Sequence record: DRR723986_3279
DNA length: 64,000 bases
Strand: one strand, 5' to 3'
The notes under the pieces: model-generated
What the model was told of the DNA's origin: nothing
What the model saw: the letters and a program-made list of their open reading frames with translations, nothing else
Databases searched by the model: none
Shown: piece by piece, positions 48,462-59,550 of the stretch
Position numbering within the stretch: the first letter of the stretch is position 1
Layout of the letters: the number at the start of each line of letters is the position of its first letter
Made by a program: the position numbers and the translations under genes

Positions 48462-49734
48462 AGGTTACTTTCCAAACACGCCCCGTAGACATCAGGCTTG
48501 AGATATAAATCGCGCCATCTGACCCTTCTGCCAAACCCATAGGGCGATGAACGGCGTTTCTGGGGCTCATAACCGGCTCAGGGCCAGCAAAACCATTGGC
48601 AAATGTTACCCAGTCACCTGCAACGGCACCGTCATCATCAAGCGGAAGATAAACAACCCGATAACCTTGTTGCGGCATAGGGGCACGGTTCCATGAGCCA
48701 TGAAACGCGATGAAAGCACCTTTGCGGTATGCAGCAGGCAGCGCATCACCTTCAAGGAACATCATACCGTTTGGCGCCCAGTGGCCAGGGAAACCAAGCA
48801 ATGGCTTTTGGCCTTCATCAGACACCGTTTCGCCGTCACCGCCATATTCAGGCATGACCATACGCTCGCCCTTCACATGGTCATAATAGCTGTAGGGCCA
48901 CCCCACATCATAACCATCAGACAAGCGGTGAAACTCTTCTGAGGGCAGCTCTGCGCTTTGCTCGTTGGTGAACATTTCAGGGAAAAAGCTAGCGAGCTGA
49001 TCACGGCCATGCTGCGCCAAATAAAGCGCATCCGCATGGGGGTTCCAATCCAGTGCAAGAGCGTTCCGCACGCCGGTCGTATACCGATGGCCATCTCTCA
49101 TTTGGTCCTGGTTCGGTGTGTCAGCATCAAAGCGCCAAATACCGGCATATTTTTCCAAAATCGGGCAAGGCCGCATGCCGGGCGAACCCTTTTTGCGCAT
49201 TTCCCGCATGCAGGCATTGGAAGGCGCACCAACATTCACATACATGTTGCCATCATCATCAAAGGTGAAGTTTTTGGATGCATGCTGTGTTTCGGAAACA
49301 AAGCCTTCAGCAATAACCGTTGGCGCACCAGACGGCACACCGCTCTCAGGCAATGGCCACCGCATAATGGCAATATCTGTTGAAAAGTACAAATGGCCGT
49401 CGTGCACACCGATACCGCTACCTTGTATGCTTTCGCCGAAATATTCCCGCTGGTCTGCAACACCGTCGCCGTCCGTATCGCGTAGGGCAACCAATCCATT
49501 ACCCCGCATGGACCGGCGCAGCGCACCGTATAACCAACCATTAGGGGCCGCCACAATATGACGCACTTCACCAACACCGTCCGCAAAAATTGTGGCCTTA
49601 AACCCTGCGGGCAAGCTAATACCCGTTGCCGGATCTACCGCAGCACCCTCGGCAACGCCTGTCGGTTCAGCGGCTACGCCGCAGCCGGCGACAACGGCAG
49701 CCAGCAAGCTTACGCCAAAAATATTTGCTTTCAT
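48448..49734 (-). CDS. PQQ-dependent sugar/sorbosone dehydrogenase family lipoprotein
   Basis: Lipobox VAGC; LPAGFKATIFA, VGAPSNAC, GVRNA, GWPY, HWAP, FHGSWNR. Confidence 0.88.
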   Translation of the reverse strand: MKANIFGVSLLAAVVAGCGVAAEPTGVAEGAAVDPATGISLPAGFKATIFADGVGEVRHIVAAPNGWLYGALRRSMRGNGLVALRDTDGDGVADQREYFGESIQGSGIGVHDGHLYFSTDIAIMRWPLPESGVPSGAPTVIAEGFVSETQHASKNFTFDDDGNMYVNVGAPSNACMREMRKKGSPGMRPCPILEKYAGIWRFDADTPNQDQMRDGHRYTTGVRNALALDWNPHADALYLAQHGRDQLASFFPEMFTNEQSAELPSEEFHRLSDGYDVGWPYSYYDHVKGERMVMPEYGGDGETVSDEGQKPLLGFPGHWAPNGMMFLEGDALPAAYRKGAFIAFHGSWNRAPMPQQGYRVVYLPLDDDGAVAGDWVTFANGFAGPEPVMSPRNAVHRPMGLAEGSDGAIYISSLMSTGRVWKVTYDGK

Positions 49735-49894
49735 GTCTTTTCTCCCAACCCTTTTATGCCATGTTGGCACTATGCTATAAACGGAACATACCGTATTAGA
49801 AATAAAATTAAATGTGATTGTGTTACAGTATATCAAAAGCAAATTGCTTGGAACTGTACGAATATGAACAACCCTGCACGAAAGTGAAGACCCT

Positions 49895-50494
49895 ATGGCC
49901 GAAATGCCTTTCAACACGCCGAACCCGGAAGCCTATGATTTACTGATGACCCGCCGGTCGGTCAGAACCCGCGACATGGCAGCGCCCGGCCCAGACCGCG
50001 AAGCGGTAGAGAAAATTTTGGCCGCTGGTATGCGTGTGCCAGACCACGGCAAGCTTGCGCCTTGGCGGTTCATTGTGCTGACCGGGCCGGAGCGCGCCAA
50101 ACTGGGCAAAGCTATACAAGACGGCATGATCGCAGAATTTGAAAGTAGCCCTAAAGTTGCCGAAAAAATGAGTGGTTATGCAACGCAGGCCCCAACACTG
50201 ATTATTGCTATCTATTCGCCTAATAGCAGCCGCCCTATCCCCGAATGGGAACAACAGCTTTCCGCTGGCGCGTCGTGCCAAAACATGGTTGTTGCCGCAA
50301 CGGCGCTGGGCTACGCGGCGCAGTGGTTAACCGGCTGGGCCAGCTACAGCAAATATGTAGCCAAAGCCCTGAAAATGACAGAGGGCGAGCGCATCGCTGG
50401 CTTCCTATTTTTTGGCGACCACACGGATAGCCCCAAAGAGCGACCACGCCCCAACCCGGCAGACCATGTGATATGGGGGTGGCCGGAACCTTAG
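49895..50494 (+). CDS. Nitroreductase (YdjA-like)
   Basis: TRRSV, RVPDHGKLAPWRF, IPEWEQQLSAGA, QWLTGW. Confidence 0.92.
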   Translation: MAEMPFNTPNPEAYDLLMTRRSVRTRDMAAPGPDREAVEKILAAGMRVPDHGKLAPWRFIVLTGPERAKLGKAIQDGMIAEFESSPKVAEKMSGYATQAPTLIIAIYSPNSSRPIPEWEQQLSAGASCQNMVVAATALGYAAQWLTGWASYSKYVAKALKMTEGERIAGFLFFGDHTDSPKERPRPNPADHVIWGWPEP

Positions 50495-50573
50495 TTTAGT
50501 AATGTAATACCATTATTGACAATTCTCGATAGCCGATCTTACCTTCGCGGTTCATTCTTGGAGGGAGATTATT

Positions 50574-51470
50574 ATGAAGCTTATCCATGCAACCCTGATG
50601 CTATTGTTAAGTAGTGCGCTTACGCCAACATGCATCGCCCAAGAAATTGACTATTTCGGTGTTAAACCTCCAGGTGAAGTGCCAGAGCGCTTTCCGTTTG
50701 AAACGGTTATCTCGCCGGATTTCGCGTTCCGCAATCCCATTTTTTCACCTGACGGACAGGAGTTTTACTTCGCGGACGACAACAGCAAGACCATTAAAGT
50801 TATGCACCGCACAACGGAGGGATGGACGAAGCCGGAAACTGCAAGTTTTTCGCACGAAGGGCATAACGGTGAACCCTTTATCACCAAAGACAACAAGTTC
50901 ATCTATTTTGTCACTACGCGCCCACCAGGAACCGAACCAATGAATGGTCGAATATGGCGTGCCGAGCGGCAGGCTTCAGGCGAATGGTCTGAACCTGAAC
51001 TAATGATTCATCATGAAACAAATAAAGGCTTCTGGTACCCAGTCTCGCCCGAACCTGGCATCCTGTACTTCGGTGCAACACTTGAAGACAGTTTGGGCGA
51101 AGGTGATTTTTATCGCGCCACCGAAAAAGAAGGTGGCTGGGATATCGAGCACTTACAGCCTCCCTTTAATACGCCCGACTTTGATTGGGACCCTTATTTC
51201 AGTTCTGATAATAGCTACATGCTTTTCCAATCTCGCCGACCAGGCGGTTTGGGGCAGACCGATATATATATTAGCTTCCGTACCGGAGACGGCTTTGGTA
51301 AGCCGATTAATGTTGGCGCGCCAATAAATTCGCCAATTTACGAAACCGCTGCTACTATTACACCGGATGGCAATTATATGTTTTATACTGTCGTTGGGCC
51401 GGGCCACCCATCCGAAATTTATTGGGTGAGCACCACATCCTTAACAAAACTAAAGAATGTAAAGAACTGA
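50574..51470 (+). CDS. Exported PD40/TolB-like beta-propeller protein
   Basis: Signal peptide; repeated P.FSPDG..FYF, SRRPGGLG..DIY, N.G.PINS motifs. Confidence 0.8.
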   Translation: MKLIHATLMLLLSSALTPTCIAQEIDYFGVKPPGEVPERFPFETVISPDFAFRNPIFSPDGQEFYFADDNSKTIKVMHRTTEGWTKPETASFSHEGHNGEPFITKDNKFIYFVTTRPPGTEPMNGRIWRAERQASGEWSEPELMIHHETNKGFWYPVSPEPGILYFGATLEDSLGEGDFYRATEKEGGWDIEHLQPPFNTPDFDWDPYFSSDNSYMLFQSRRPGGLGQTDIYISFRTGDGFGKPINVGAPINSPIYETAATITPDGNYMFYTVVGPGHPSEIYWVSTTSLTKLKNVKN

Positions 51471-51477
51471 GTCTTGT

Positions 51478-52893
51478 ATGTATCTTGGGAGAAACTATCG
51501 ACCGGCAACAACCTTTCTTGACCTTGGTGACGGCTTCGCGGACCCGGTGAAGGTAGCGGATTTTCCGAAAACTATTTTGCGCTACCGCAACAACCGTGCG
51601 GCTGAAAGCATCGGGTTAGATGGCTTATCTGACGAAGAATGGCTGCTGCATTTCGGTCGGTTTGAGCCCCTGCCCGGCACACTGCAAGAACCGCTGGCAC
51701 AGCGCTATCACGGCCACCAGTTTCGGCATTATAACCCAGAGATTGGCGACGGGCGCGGCTTTTTGTTCGCCCAAATGGAAGACACAGACGGCCGCCTGAT
51801 GGACCTTGGCACCAAAGGCAGCGGCACTACGCCCTACAGCCGGTCGGGTGATGGCCGTTTAACCCTTAAGGGTGGCTTCCGCGAAATATTAGCAACAGAA
51901 CTACTTGAAGCACTGGGGGTGAACACCTCAAAAACGCTCTCAATCATTGAAACCGGCGAAAGCCTGCACCGGGGGGATGAACCCTCACCCACCCGCTCGG
52001 CGGTTATGGTGCGGCTTAACCACGGCCATATTCGCATTGGCACCTTCCAGCGCCATGCTTTTTATTCAGATACCGAACGCCTGAAACTGCTTGTTGATTA
52101 TTGCCTGACCAATTATTACGGCGTCACGCCAAAGGGTAGCGCCTCGGACCGTGCGCTTGAATTATTGTCTTTGGTGTCTGCCCGCGTTGCCATACAGGCC
52201 GCAGAACTGATGGCGGCGGGCTTTGTTCACGGCGTGCTGAACACCGACAATATTAACATTAGCGGCGAAGTGTTTGATTTTGGCCCGTGGCGCTTTTTGC
52301 CGACGATGGACCTTGCCTTCACCGCCGCTTATTTTGATGAAAGCGGCCTTTATGCTTTTGGTCGGCAACCCGATGCGCTGCACTGGAATGTTTACCAACT
52401 GGGTGGGTCATTGTCGGACATATGCAGTGAGAACGATCTGAAAAAAGCACTGGAAGACTTCCCCCGGCTGTATCTGGATGCCATCCGAGTGAAGCTGTTG
52501 GCGCGCTTGGGCGTAAAGACAAAAGGCGACATTGAAGATGATGCACTTTTGACCCTTGTGAACGAATTTATGGCGAAGGAAAACTTCCCTTACGAGCGGT
52601 TTTTCTTCGACTGGTACGGCGGCAGCGCCAGCGCAGAGCGCGCTATGGGTGGGCCGGAAGCGCACCGTTACGGCAAGGAAAGCTACAACGACTTAGTGGC
52701 AGCCCTGTCCAGCTACCAGCCTTCAAACCCACAAGCCCTGAACACGGCCTATTTTCTGGGTGACGGCCCAGAAACCCTTCTTATTGAAGAGGTGGAAGAC
52801 CTGTGGGCCCCGATCGCGGATGATGATAACTGGCAGCCGTTCAACGACAAAATTGAGCGCATCCGCGAAATGGGCGCAGCCTTAGAAGGCTAA
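51478..52893 (+). CDS. selO: Protein adenylyltransferase SelO (YdiU)
   Basis: YHGHQF, GDGRG, KGSG.TPYSR.GDGR, GFVHGVLNTDN, DFGP. Confidence 0.93.
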   Translation: MYLGRNYRPATTFLDLGDGFADPVKVADFPKTILRYRNNRAAESIGLDGLSDEEWLLHFGRFEPLPGTLQEPLAQRYHGHQFRHYNPEIGDGRGFLFAQMEDTDGRLMDLGTKGSGTTPYSRSGDGRLTLKGGFREILATELLEALGVNTSKTLSIIETGESLHRGDEPSPTRSAVMVRLNHGHIRIGTFQRHAFYSDTERLKLLVDYCLTNYYGVTPKGSASDRALELLSLVSARVAIQAAELMAAGFVHGVLNTDNINISGEVFDFGPWRFLPTMDLAFTAAYFDESGLYAFGRQPDALHWNVYQLGGSLSDICSENDLKKALEDFPRLYLDAIRVKLLARLGVKTKGDIEDDALLTLVNEFMAKENFPYERFFFDWYGGSASAERAMGGPEAHRYGKESYNDLVAALSSYQPSNPQALNTAYFLGDGPETLLIEEVEDLWAPIADDDNWQPFNDKIERIREMGAALEG

Positions 52894-53009
52894 CTCAAGT
52901 TTGGAAAAGCCTTGACCAATTGAGCATACAAGCTGTTATGGTTCACGCTGTTGTCACATCAATGGCCTATTCAAACTGGCAACCACAAAACCAATGTCGA
53001 GGGGGAGTT

Positions 53010-54287
53010 ATGCATAAATCAACTAGAGCCTTAGGTATTGTATCCCTTTTCGTAGCCGCAATTTTCACAACGATCGTAAATGCTACGGAAACAGAAGATC
53101 AAATCGTAATTCTTGTGGGCATTGACGGCTTGCGTGCCGATGCGATTGACCGCGCAAACGCCCCCAATATGCGCGCCCTTGCCGCGCGCGGCGTACGGGC
53201 AGAAGGCATGACCCCGGCAATGCCATCAAAAACATTTGTCAACCTCTATTCCCTCGTCACCGGTCTGCACCCCAAAAACCACGGCATTATTTCCAACTAT
53301 ATGTATGACCGCAAAATTGGCCGCGAAATGAACCGCGGTTCAGACATTGACGACCCCCGCTGGTGGGGCGGCGAACCCATTTGGGTAACAGCCGAAAAAC
53401 AAGGCGTGAAAACCGGCACAAACACATGGCTTGGCGCTGAAGCGCCCATTAAAGGTGTGCAACCTACCTACTGGAACCCTTACAAGAAAAGCCATAAAAA
53501 GAGAGTTTATGCATCGCGGGTTGATCAGGTTCTGAAGTGGCTAGATTTGCCAGATGGCAAGAACATTCGGTTTGGCACGCTGTATTTCTCGGTGGTTGAT
53601 GACTCCGCCCACCAGAACGGTGTGAACTCGCGCAAAGAACTGCAAGCCATAGAAATGATGGATAAAATCGTCGGGCGGCTTGTGAAGGGCCTGAAAAAAC
53701 GCCGGCTATATGACCGCACCAATATCATCATTGTTTCTGACCACGGCATGATCAACCTTTCACCCGACCGACTGATCAATCTTGATACCATTATGGATGT
53801 GACGCCCTTTATCACGCCCGACTGGAATCGGTCATACGGTGCCGCTTATCTTGCCTTCATAAACCTGTACGGCAACAAGGAAGCCATTGACGAAGCCTAC
53901 CAAAAATTTAACGGCGCGCACCCACACCTTACCGTGTTACGCCGGGGCGCCTTTCCCGAAAATTATCATTTTGACCACCCCGACCGCGCGCCAGACCTGA
54001 TGCTGCTGCCCGATCCGGGCTGGGCGATTTATGCCACCGAGGACAAAACCCCACCGCCAGCGAAGCTGCCGTTTTTGAAGGCAACCCACGGGTTTGACAA
54101 CCTGCACCCGGACATGCGCGCCACCTTCATTGCCGCTGGCCCGTCGTTCAAAGAAGGCTTTACCGCGAAGCCTTTCGACAACATTGAAGTCTACGGCATT
54201 ATGGCCTGCGCGCTTGGCGTCACCCCCGCCAAAACCGATGGGAACATCAAGAATGTGTCTCACTTTATGGCGAGGAAATGTAACTAG
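53010..54287 (+). CDS. Ectonucleotide pyrophosphatase/phosphodiesterase family protein
   Basis: IDGLR.D, PSKTF (Thr nucleophile), WWGGEPIW, D..AH..G, SDHGM, HGFD. Confidence 0.92.
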   Translation: MHKSTRALGIVSLFVAAIFTTIVNATETEDQIVILVGIDGLRADAIDRANAPNMRALAARGVRAEGMTPAMPSKTFVNLYSLVTGLHPKNHGIISNYMYDRKIGREMNRGSDIDDPRWWGGEPIWVTAEKQGVKTGTNTWLGAEAPIKGVQPTYWNPYKKSHKKRVYASRVDQVLKWLDLPDGKNIRFGTLYFSVVDDSAHQNGVNSRKELQAIEMMDKIVGRLVKGLKKRRLYDRTNIIIVSDHGMINLSPDRLINLDTIMDVTPFITPDWNRSYGAAYLAFINLYGNKEAIDEAYQKFNGAHPHLTVLRRGAFPENYHFDHPDRAPDLMLLPDPGWAIYATEDKTPPPAKLPFLKATHGFDNLHPDMRATFIAAGPSFKEGFTAKPFDNIEVYGIMACALGVTPAKTDGNIKNVSHFMARKCN

Positions 54288-54290
54288 CGG

Positions 54291-54758
54291 CTAACCGTTA
54301 CCAACTTCGTTGCCACCGAGAAACATCACGCTGCCTTTGCCTGTCACTTGCCTAAGCGCCAAATACAGCAGCAGGCCGATGGGGCCAGCGAGGAAGGTGA
54401 AGATGAGGCAAGGAATGACCATAAAGTGGTTCACATCACGCGCGGCGCTGTCGCGGCCAATCCAGGCGCCAACAAACAGGTCAAACACCAGATAATGCGC
54501 CCAGCCCATAAGGGTTACATTGGGGTGGCTAAAAGCAACCATAACGGTTTCAAGCGTTGAAAAACCGCCGCCTTCAGCGTTTTCGCCGAAGGCCAGCGCG
54601 CGGACCCACAGCACCAGATAAAATATCCCGAAAATGATCGGATAAAGGCCGCTATGCACCAACTTCTGGGTGATGGCGTTTTTTGGCAAAAGCGCCAGCA
54701 ATAGCCATGCTGGCATAACCAGATAGTTGATGGTGCTATAATATTGTCCGTAGTCCAT
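54291..54758 (-). CDS. ABA4-like (DUF4281) membrane protein
   Basis: GWAHYLVFDLFVG.WI..D, GPIGLLLY. Confidence 0.88.
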   Translation of the reverse strand: MDYGQYYSTINYLVMPAWLLLALLPKNAITQKLVHSGLYPIIFGIFYLVLWVRALAFGENAEGGGFSTLETVMVAFSHPNVTLMGWAHYLVFDLFVGAWIGRDSAARDVNHFMVIPCLIFTFLAGPIGLLLYLALRQVTGKGSVMFLGGNEVGNG

Positions 54759-54834
54759 GATGGGCTCCCCTAATGCTAAATTAGCGGGACCCTATCACTT
54801 AATATGCACTAGCGCCATTCTACTCGACGCCACT

Positions 54835-56349
54835 TTACTCGGCTGCCTTTACAAGGGTGGGTGCCGGATATAGCTCATCCATTGAGGCAGAGCGCCCATT
54901 GGCCAGCACGACCCGCGCATGAAACCGCTTGAGCAGGCGCGGCTCTGGCACGCCGCAACTATGGGCGAGAATACCCACCTCTTTTTTCATGTTTTTGGCA
55001 TATGACGCCACACGTTCAGATTTATTCTTTGGGTCAAGACCATATTGCAGTTTCGGGTTATGGGTTGTAATGCCAGTTGGGCAAGTGTTTTTGTTGCACT
55101 GCAACGCCTGAATGCAGCCTAGGGCAAACATGAAACCGCGGGCTGAATTAACAAAATCAGCCCCGGCACAATAAGCCCATGCCACTTCAGACGGGTTGAT
55201 CATCTTGCCGCTGGCACAAACCTTAATGCGGTCGCGCAGGCCGTGCGACACCAGAATATCAACAGCAAGCGGCAGGCTTTCCCGAATGGGCATGCCCATA
55301 TTATCAATCAGGCTCATCGGGGCGGCACCAGTGCCACCGTCAGCGCTATCAATTGTGATGAAATCAGGGGCGCTTTCAACGCCGCGCTCGTTAATAGCTT
55401 TGCACATATTCTCTAAGAAGCCGTATGCGCCCACAACAAACTTCAGGCCCACCGGTTTACCGGTTGTCTCTCGCACATAATGCACCATGTCCAGCAGGTC
55501 TTCAACGCTGTCCACCTCAGGATGGCGGTTGGGGCTGATGGCGTCTTTACCCACTTCAAGCCCGCGAATAGTTGCGATTTCTTCTGTTACTTTAGCACCC
55601 GGCAAAATGCCGCCCTTGCCGGGTTTTGCGCCTTGGCTGAGTTTTATCTCAAACATTTTAACCTGTTCATGTGCCGCTGCCGCTTTCAACTTTGCATCGT
55701 CAAAGCCGCCTTCGGGTTTACGCACGCCGAACTTGCCAGTGCCGATTTGAAAGACAATGTCTGCACCGCCTTCAAGGTGGTACGGCGACAGGCCGCCTTC
55801 GCCGGTGTTCATCCAGATGCCGGCTTTCTTTGCGCCCATTGAAAGCGCGCGCACGGCGGGAATGGAAATGGCGCCGAAACTCATGCCTGAAATGTTAAAA
55901 ATAGAGTCTGTCTTATAGGGAGTGCGGGCATATGGGCCAACTGTCACCATTGGTGGTTCTGTTGCATCTTCGTCCAGCGTGGGGAAAGGGCAGTTTACAA
56001 AATACACTGTACCGGCAGGCCGCAGGTCACGGCTGGAGCCAAAGGCAACGGTTGAGTCTACATTTTTAGCGGCACGATAAACCCACGAGCGCTCAGCCCG
56101 GTTGAACGGCATTTCCTCGCGGTCAAGCGCGAAAAAATACTGGCGGAAAAATTCGCCTAAATGTTCAAAAAGATATCGGAACCGGGCAATAACCGGGTAA
56201 TTACGCCTGAGGGTGCTTTCGGTTTGAAACTTATCGTGCACATATAAAATTGCTGCCCAAAGTATGCCAACCCCAACAACAAAAATGAACAACAGCGATA
56301 GAATTTCCAGTAAGCCGACAACGATGTTTGAAATTTGGCCCATATCCAT
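54835..56349 (-). CDS. FMN-binding glutamate synthase family protein (stand-alone)
   Basis: SGMSFGAIS, NTGEGG, EIKLSQGAKPGKGGILP, DGGTGAAP, GCIQALQCNKNTCPTG. Confidence 0.93.
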   Translation of the reverse strand: MDMGQISNIVVGLLEILSLLFIFVVGVGILWAAILYVHDKFQTESTLRRNYPVIARFRYLFEHLGEFFRQYFFALDREEMPFNRAERSWVYRAAKNVDSTVAFGSSRDLRPAGTVYFVNCPFPTLDEDATEPPMVTVGPYARTPYKTDSIFNISGMSFGAISIPAVRALSMGAKKAGIWMNTGEGGLSPYHLEGGADIVFQIGTGKFGVRKPEGGFDDAKLKAAAAHEQVKMFEIKLSQGAKPGKGGILPGAKVTEEIATIRGLEVGKDAISPNRHPEVDSVEDLLDMVHYVRETTGKPVGLKFVVGAYGFLENMCKAINERGVESAPDFITIDSADGGTGAAPMSLIDNMGMPIRESLPLAVDILVSHGLRDRIKVCASGKMINPSEVAWAYCAGADFVNSARGFMFALGCIQALQCNKNTCPTGITTHNPKLQYGLDPKNKSERVASYAKNMKKEVGILAHSCGVPEPRLLKRFHARVVLANGRSASMDELYPAPTLVKAAE

Positions 56350-56593
56350 TTGCGTACACTCCCCTTTGTTTGCCCCTTGGGCACAGCGTTAATGCTAAAC
56401 CATAAGTAAAAAAATGTCGCCAGTAACAATGTATGACAACTGGTTACTGTTTCGTGAACGCGGCGCGATGAGGCATGGTGAATACCAGACGGCATGATCA
56501 CATTTCATTGCTTGCGATGGATCGCGCTTGAACTATTGGCATCGCCAGCCCTACAGTGATGCTAGAAGCAACGGCATGGAAAAAGGGCGTAAG

Positions 56594-57352
56594 ATGAAAT
56601 CAGAAAAAGTGGTCTTTAAGGGGTCGCAGGGGTTTGAGCTCGCGGCCCGGTTTGACGGGCCTGACGAAGGCATGAAAGCCTGTGCCTTGTTTGCGCACTG
56701 TTTCACTTGCGGTAAAGACCTGAACGCCATTAACCGCATTGCCCGCGCGCTGGCGGCAGACGGCATCGGCATGTTCCGCTTTGACTTTACCGGGCTTGGC
56801 CTATCAAACGGTGACTTTGCCAACACAAACTTTTCGTCCAATGTGCAGGACCTGATTGCCGCAGCCGATTACATGCGCGAAACCCTGGCAGCACCGTCTA
56901 TTATGATTGGCCATAGCCTTGGCGGCGCAGCAACGTTGGTGGCGGCAAAACAAGTGCCTGAAGTCAAAGCGGTGGCCACCATCGGCGCACCGTTCGACAG
57001 CGAAAATGTGCTCAAACAATTCCAAAATGATATCGACACCATTGAAGCAGACGGTGAAGCAGAGGTGATGCTGGCCGGGCGCCCCTTCAAAATGAAGAAA
57101 CAGTTTATTGAAGATGCCCGCGGTCAGAATGTATCCGACCATATCGGGTCGCTTAGGAAACCACTGTTGGTGATGCATTCGCCGATTGACGAGACGGTAG
57201 GCATTGACCATGCCCGCAAAATTTATGAGGCGGCAAAGCACCCGAAAAGCTATGTTTCGCTTGATAAAGCCGACCATTTGTTGATGAAAAACCCGGCGGA
57301 CGGCCAATATGTGGCGCGGGTGTTGTCAGCTTGGGCCAGCCAATATATTTAG
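56594..57352 (+). CDS. Alpha/beta hydrolase (type usually fused to OsmC; no OsmC domain here)
   Basis: ALFAHCFTCGKD, RFDFTGLG.S.G, GHSLGG, HPKSYVSLD.ADHL. Confidence 0.88.
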   Translation: MKSEKVVFKGSQGFELAARFDGPDEGMKACALFAHCFTCGKDLNAINRIARALAADGIGMFRFDFTGLGLSNGDFANTNFSSNVQDLIAAADYMRETLAAPSIMIGHSLGGAATLVAAKQVPEVKAVATIGAPFDSENVLKQFQNDIDTIEADGEAEVMLAGRPFKMKKQFIEDARGQNVSDHIGSLRKPLLVMHSPIDETVGIDHARKIYEAAKHPKSYVSLDKADHLLMKNPADGQYVARVLSAWASQYI

Positions 57353-58224
57353 AAAAACTGCCCGTAGACCTCATAATCGGCGGCATATAATGCCATAGCC
57401 GCCTCTGGTATTGCCGGGGCTGGTTCATTGGTTTTGTTCGGTGTGACCATTTCCTGCAGCAAAGGTAATTCAACCCCGGTATGCGCCGAGAGCTGCGCGG
57501 CGAGATCGGGCATTTGGTCAAGACCACCAACCCATTCAAACACCGCTGGATTTGTGCCAATAGACGATACAAGCGGTTCAGTGTGGTCCCGAACGGGGAT
57601 AAAAACCTGCCGGTAGCGCGTTAGGTTTTCCAGAAAAAAGTCTAGGCCCGGCTTCGTCGGCAGGCCGTAAAACTCATGCGCCCCATCATGCTCCACCATC
57701 AATTGTTCGCGGGCAACAATGTTACCGTGATAAAAAGACAGAAGCCGGTCAATCGGGCTGCGCACAACAGTGCATTTGAAAAAGCCACTGAAATTAGTGG
57801 CCATAGCGTCCAGTTTTATCGGGGTCTTTTTATGGTCTTCCCGGTGAACACCTTCCCCTTGCACGTCCTCACCAACGATAATCTTCATCATATTCATCAA
57901 GCTGGTCGAGCCACATTTACGCAGCGGGAAATAAACGACCTTCTGCGGCCCTAAAACACGGGCGCGGCACATGCCATTTGCGGCCAGCGCCACCTCCCAC
58001 GAGCCCGGGTGCCATGCTTCTGGCAATATAGCATGAATAATTTCAGAGGCCTTGGCCTCATCACCCTCAAACAGGCAAAAGCGCGCCTGAATGCGCCTGA
58101 AACGAGGATGTGCGCTTGTCTCCAGTGCATGAGCTAGCAGCTTGGTTGCCTCATCATAGTTCTGGCTATGAAACCAATGCCATATTTCCGCCGCCAGTGC
58201 TTTTTCCTGATCAGTGGCTTTCAT
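57349..58224 (-). CDS. Sulfotransferase family 2 protein with helical N-terminus
   Basis: RKCGSTS (5'-PSB), VRSPIDRLLSFY (3'-PB), H..P, LYAADY..YG. Confidence 0.8.
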   Translation of the reverse strand: MKATDQEKALAAEIWHWFHSQNYDEATKLLAHALETSAHPRFRRIQARFCLFEGDEAKASEIIHAILPEAWHPGSWEVALAANGMCRARVLGPQKVVYFPLRKCGSTSLMNMMKIIVGEDVQGEGVHREDHKKTPIKLDAMATNFSGFFKCTVVRSPIDRLLSFYHGNIVAREQLMVEHDGAHEFYGLPTKPGLDFFLENLTRYRQVFIPVRDHTEPLVSSIGTNPAVFEWVGGLDQMPDLAAQLSAHTGVELPLLQEMVTPNKTNEPAPAIPEAAMALYAADYEVYGQFF

Positions 58225-58667
58225 TATGCCCCCGCGCTGCCAGCAATTTCAGCAGTATCCGCAAATATTTTTTCCAACACTTCAAAGGGCAACATAACAC
58301 TACCGTGCCGACCGGGATGGTCTTTCACCGGCGCAAGAAGCATGAGTTTGGACCATTTATCCGGAAACAGAGCATCGCCCGTTTTTACCATTTTTCTGAA
58401 GCATGCAGCAATGTCGGTAAGTTCACTCTCGGTCAAGCCCACAGTGTGTTCCCCCACAATCGCTGCCGCCGCCTGCCCCAGCGCACAGGCCTTAACCTCC
58501 TGCCCAAACGCGGTTATCACACCATTTTGAACAACCGCGTCAGCGGTTAGCCTGCTGCCACAAATTCTGCTGGTTTTCACAACGGTCACATCAGGCTGCT
58601 CAAGCCTTATAAGGTGGGGAATGCGCGTGGTAAGCCTTAGAATATCGGTGTTATAAAGCTCGCTCAT
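58224..58667 (-). CDS. NifU/IscU N-terminal-like Fe-S scaffold protein
   Basis: LYN..IL, SRICGS, VKACALGQA, RHGSVMLPF. Confidence 0.85.
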   Translation of the reverse strand: MSELYNTDILRLTTRIPHLIRLEQPDVTVVKTSRICGSRLTADAVVQNGVITAFGQEVKACALGQAAAAIVGEHTVGLTESELTDIAACFRKMVKTGDALFPDKWSKLMLLAPVKDHPGRHGSVMLPFEVLEKIFADTAEIAGSAGA

Positions 58668-58920
58668 CCAGTTTTCTTTCCGTTTTTATGTGATCCGGGC
58701 AAGGAAGTTCCGCGTAGGAATTGAGTGGTCGATGACAACGGGGCAAACCCAGCAATCCTTGAACTTTGCTTGATTAATCCCTTAAGCTTCCCATATCAAC
58801 AGTGTTTGCTGTCTCCGGTAATTTATCGCGCATGTGCGAAAAATGAGTGGCAAATTTATATTGGTTTGACCCACAAGGCTAGTGCCTTTGGTTCAGGCCC
58901 TATTTTGAAAGGATATCCGA

Positions 58921-59550
58921 ATGGATGCCGTACTTGAAAGGGCGGAAGACAGCCCTGAACTGAAGGTAATCCCGCAGGACGCCGCTGAAAGCCCGACCCG
59001 GGCCGAAGCAGAAGCCGCGGTTCGCACCCTTATTCAATGGGCAGGCGATGACCCCACACGAGAAGGGCTACTTGATACACCCAAACGGGTTGTTAAAGCC
59101 TACGAAGAGTTTTTTAGCGGCTATACCAAAGACGTGAGCGAGATTTTATCGCGCACCTTTGATGAAGTGGCAGGCTACGACGACATGGTTGTGCTGCGCG
59201 GCATTAAGGTGGAAAGCCACTGCGAGCATCATATGGTGCCAGTGCAAGGCAAAGCCCATGTGGCCTATATGCCAAACGGCAGTGTTGTGGGCATTTCCAA
59301 GCTTGCGCGCGTGGTTGAGGCTTATGCCAACCGTCTGCAAACCCAGGAAACCATGACCGCCCAAATCGCAGATGCTCTACAAGAGCATCTTAACCCGAAG
59401 GGTGTTGCGGTTGTGATAGACGCCACACACCAATGCATGACCTGCCGCGGCGTGAAGCATGATGGTGTTTACACCATTACGCGCCAGTTCCGCGGTGTGT
59501 TTAAAGAAGCTGATCAGGAACGCCGCTTCTGGGATTTAATCCGCGGGTAA
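58921..59550 (+). CDS. folE: GTP cyclohydrolase I
   Basis: [38 protein letters not shown]. Confidence 0.97.
   Translation: MDAVLERAEDSPELKVIPQDAAESPTRAEAEAAVRTLIQWAGDDPTREGLLDTPKRVVKAYEEFFSGYTKDVSEILSRTFDEVAGYDDMVVLRGIKVESHCEHHMVPVQGKAHVAYMPNGSVVGISKLARVVEAYANRLQTQETMTAQIADALQEHLNPKGVAVVIDATHQCMTCRGVKHDGVYTITRQFRGVFKEADQERRFWDLIRG

Noticed and set aside
51478..52893. SelO lacking a C-terminal Cys/Sec motif, possible recoding
   Set aside because: Ends in TAA, not TGA; short forms are to my knowledge ordinary in alphaproteobacteria.
58224..58667. IscU-like protein missing the third Cys
   Set aside because: The RHxS variant looks like the common alphaproteobacterial subfamily, not a pseudogene.
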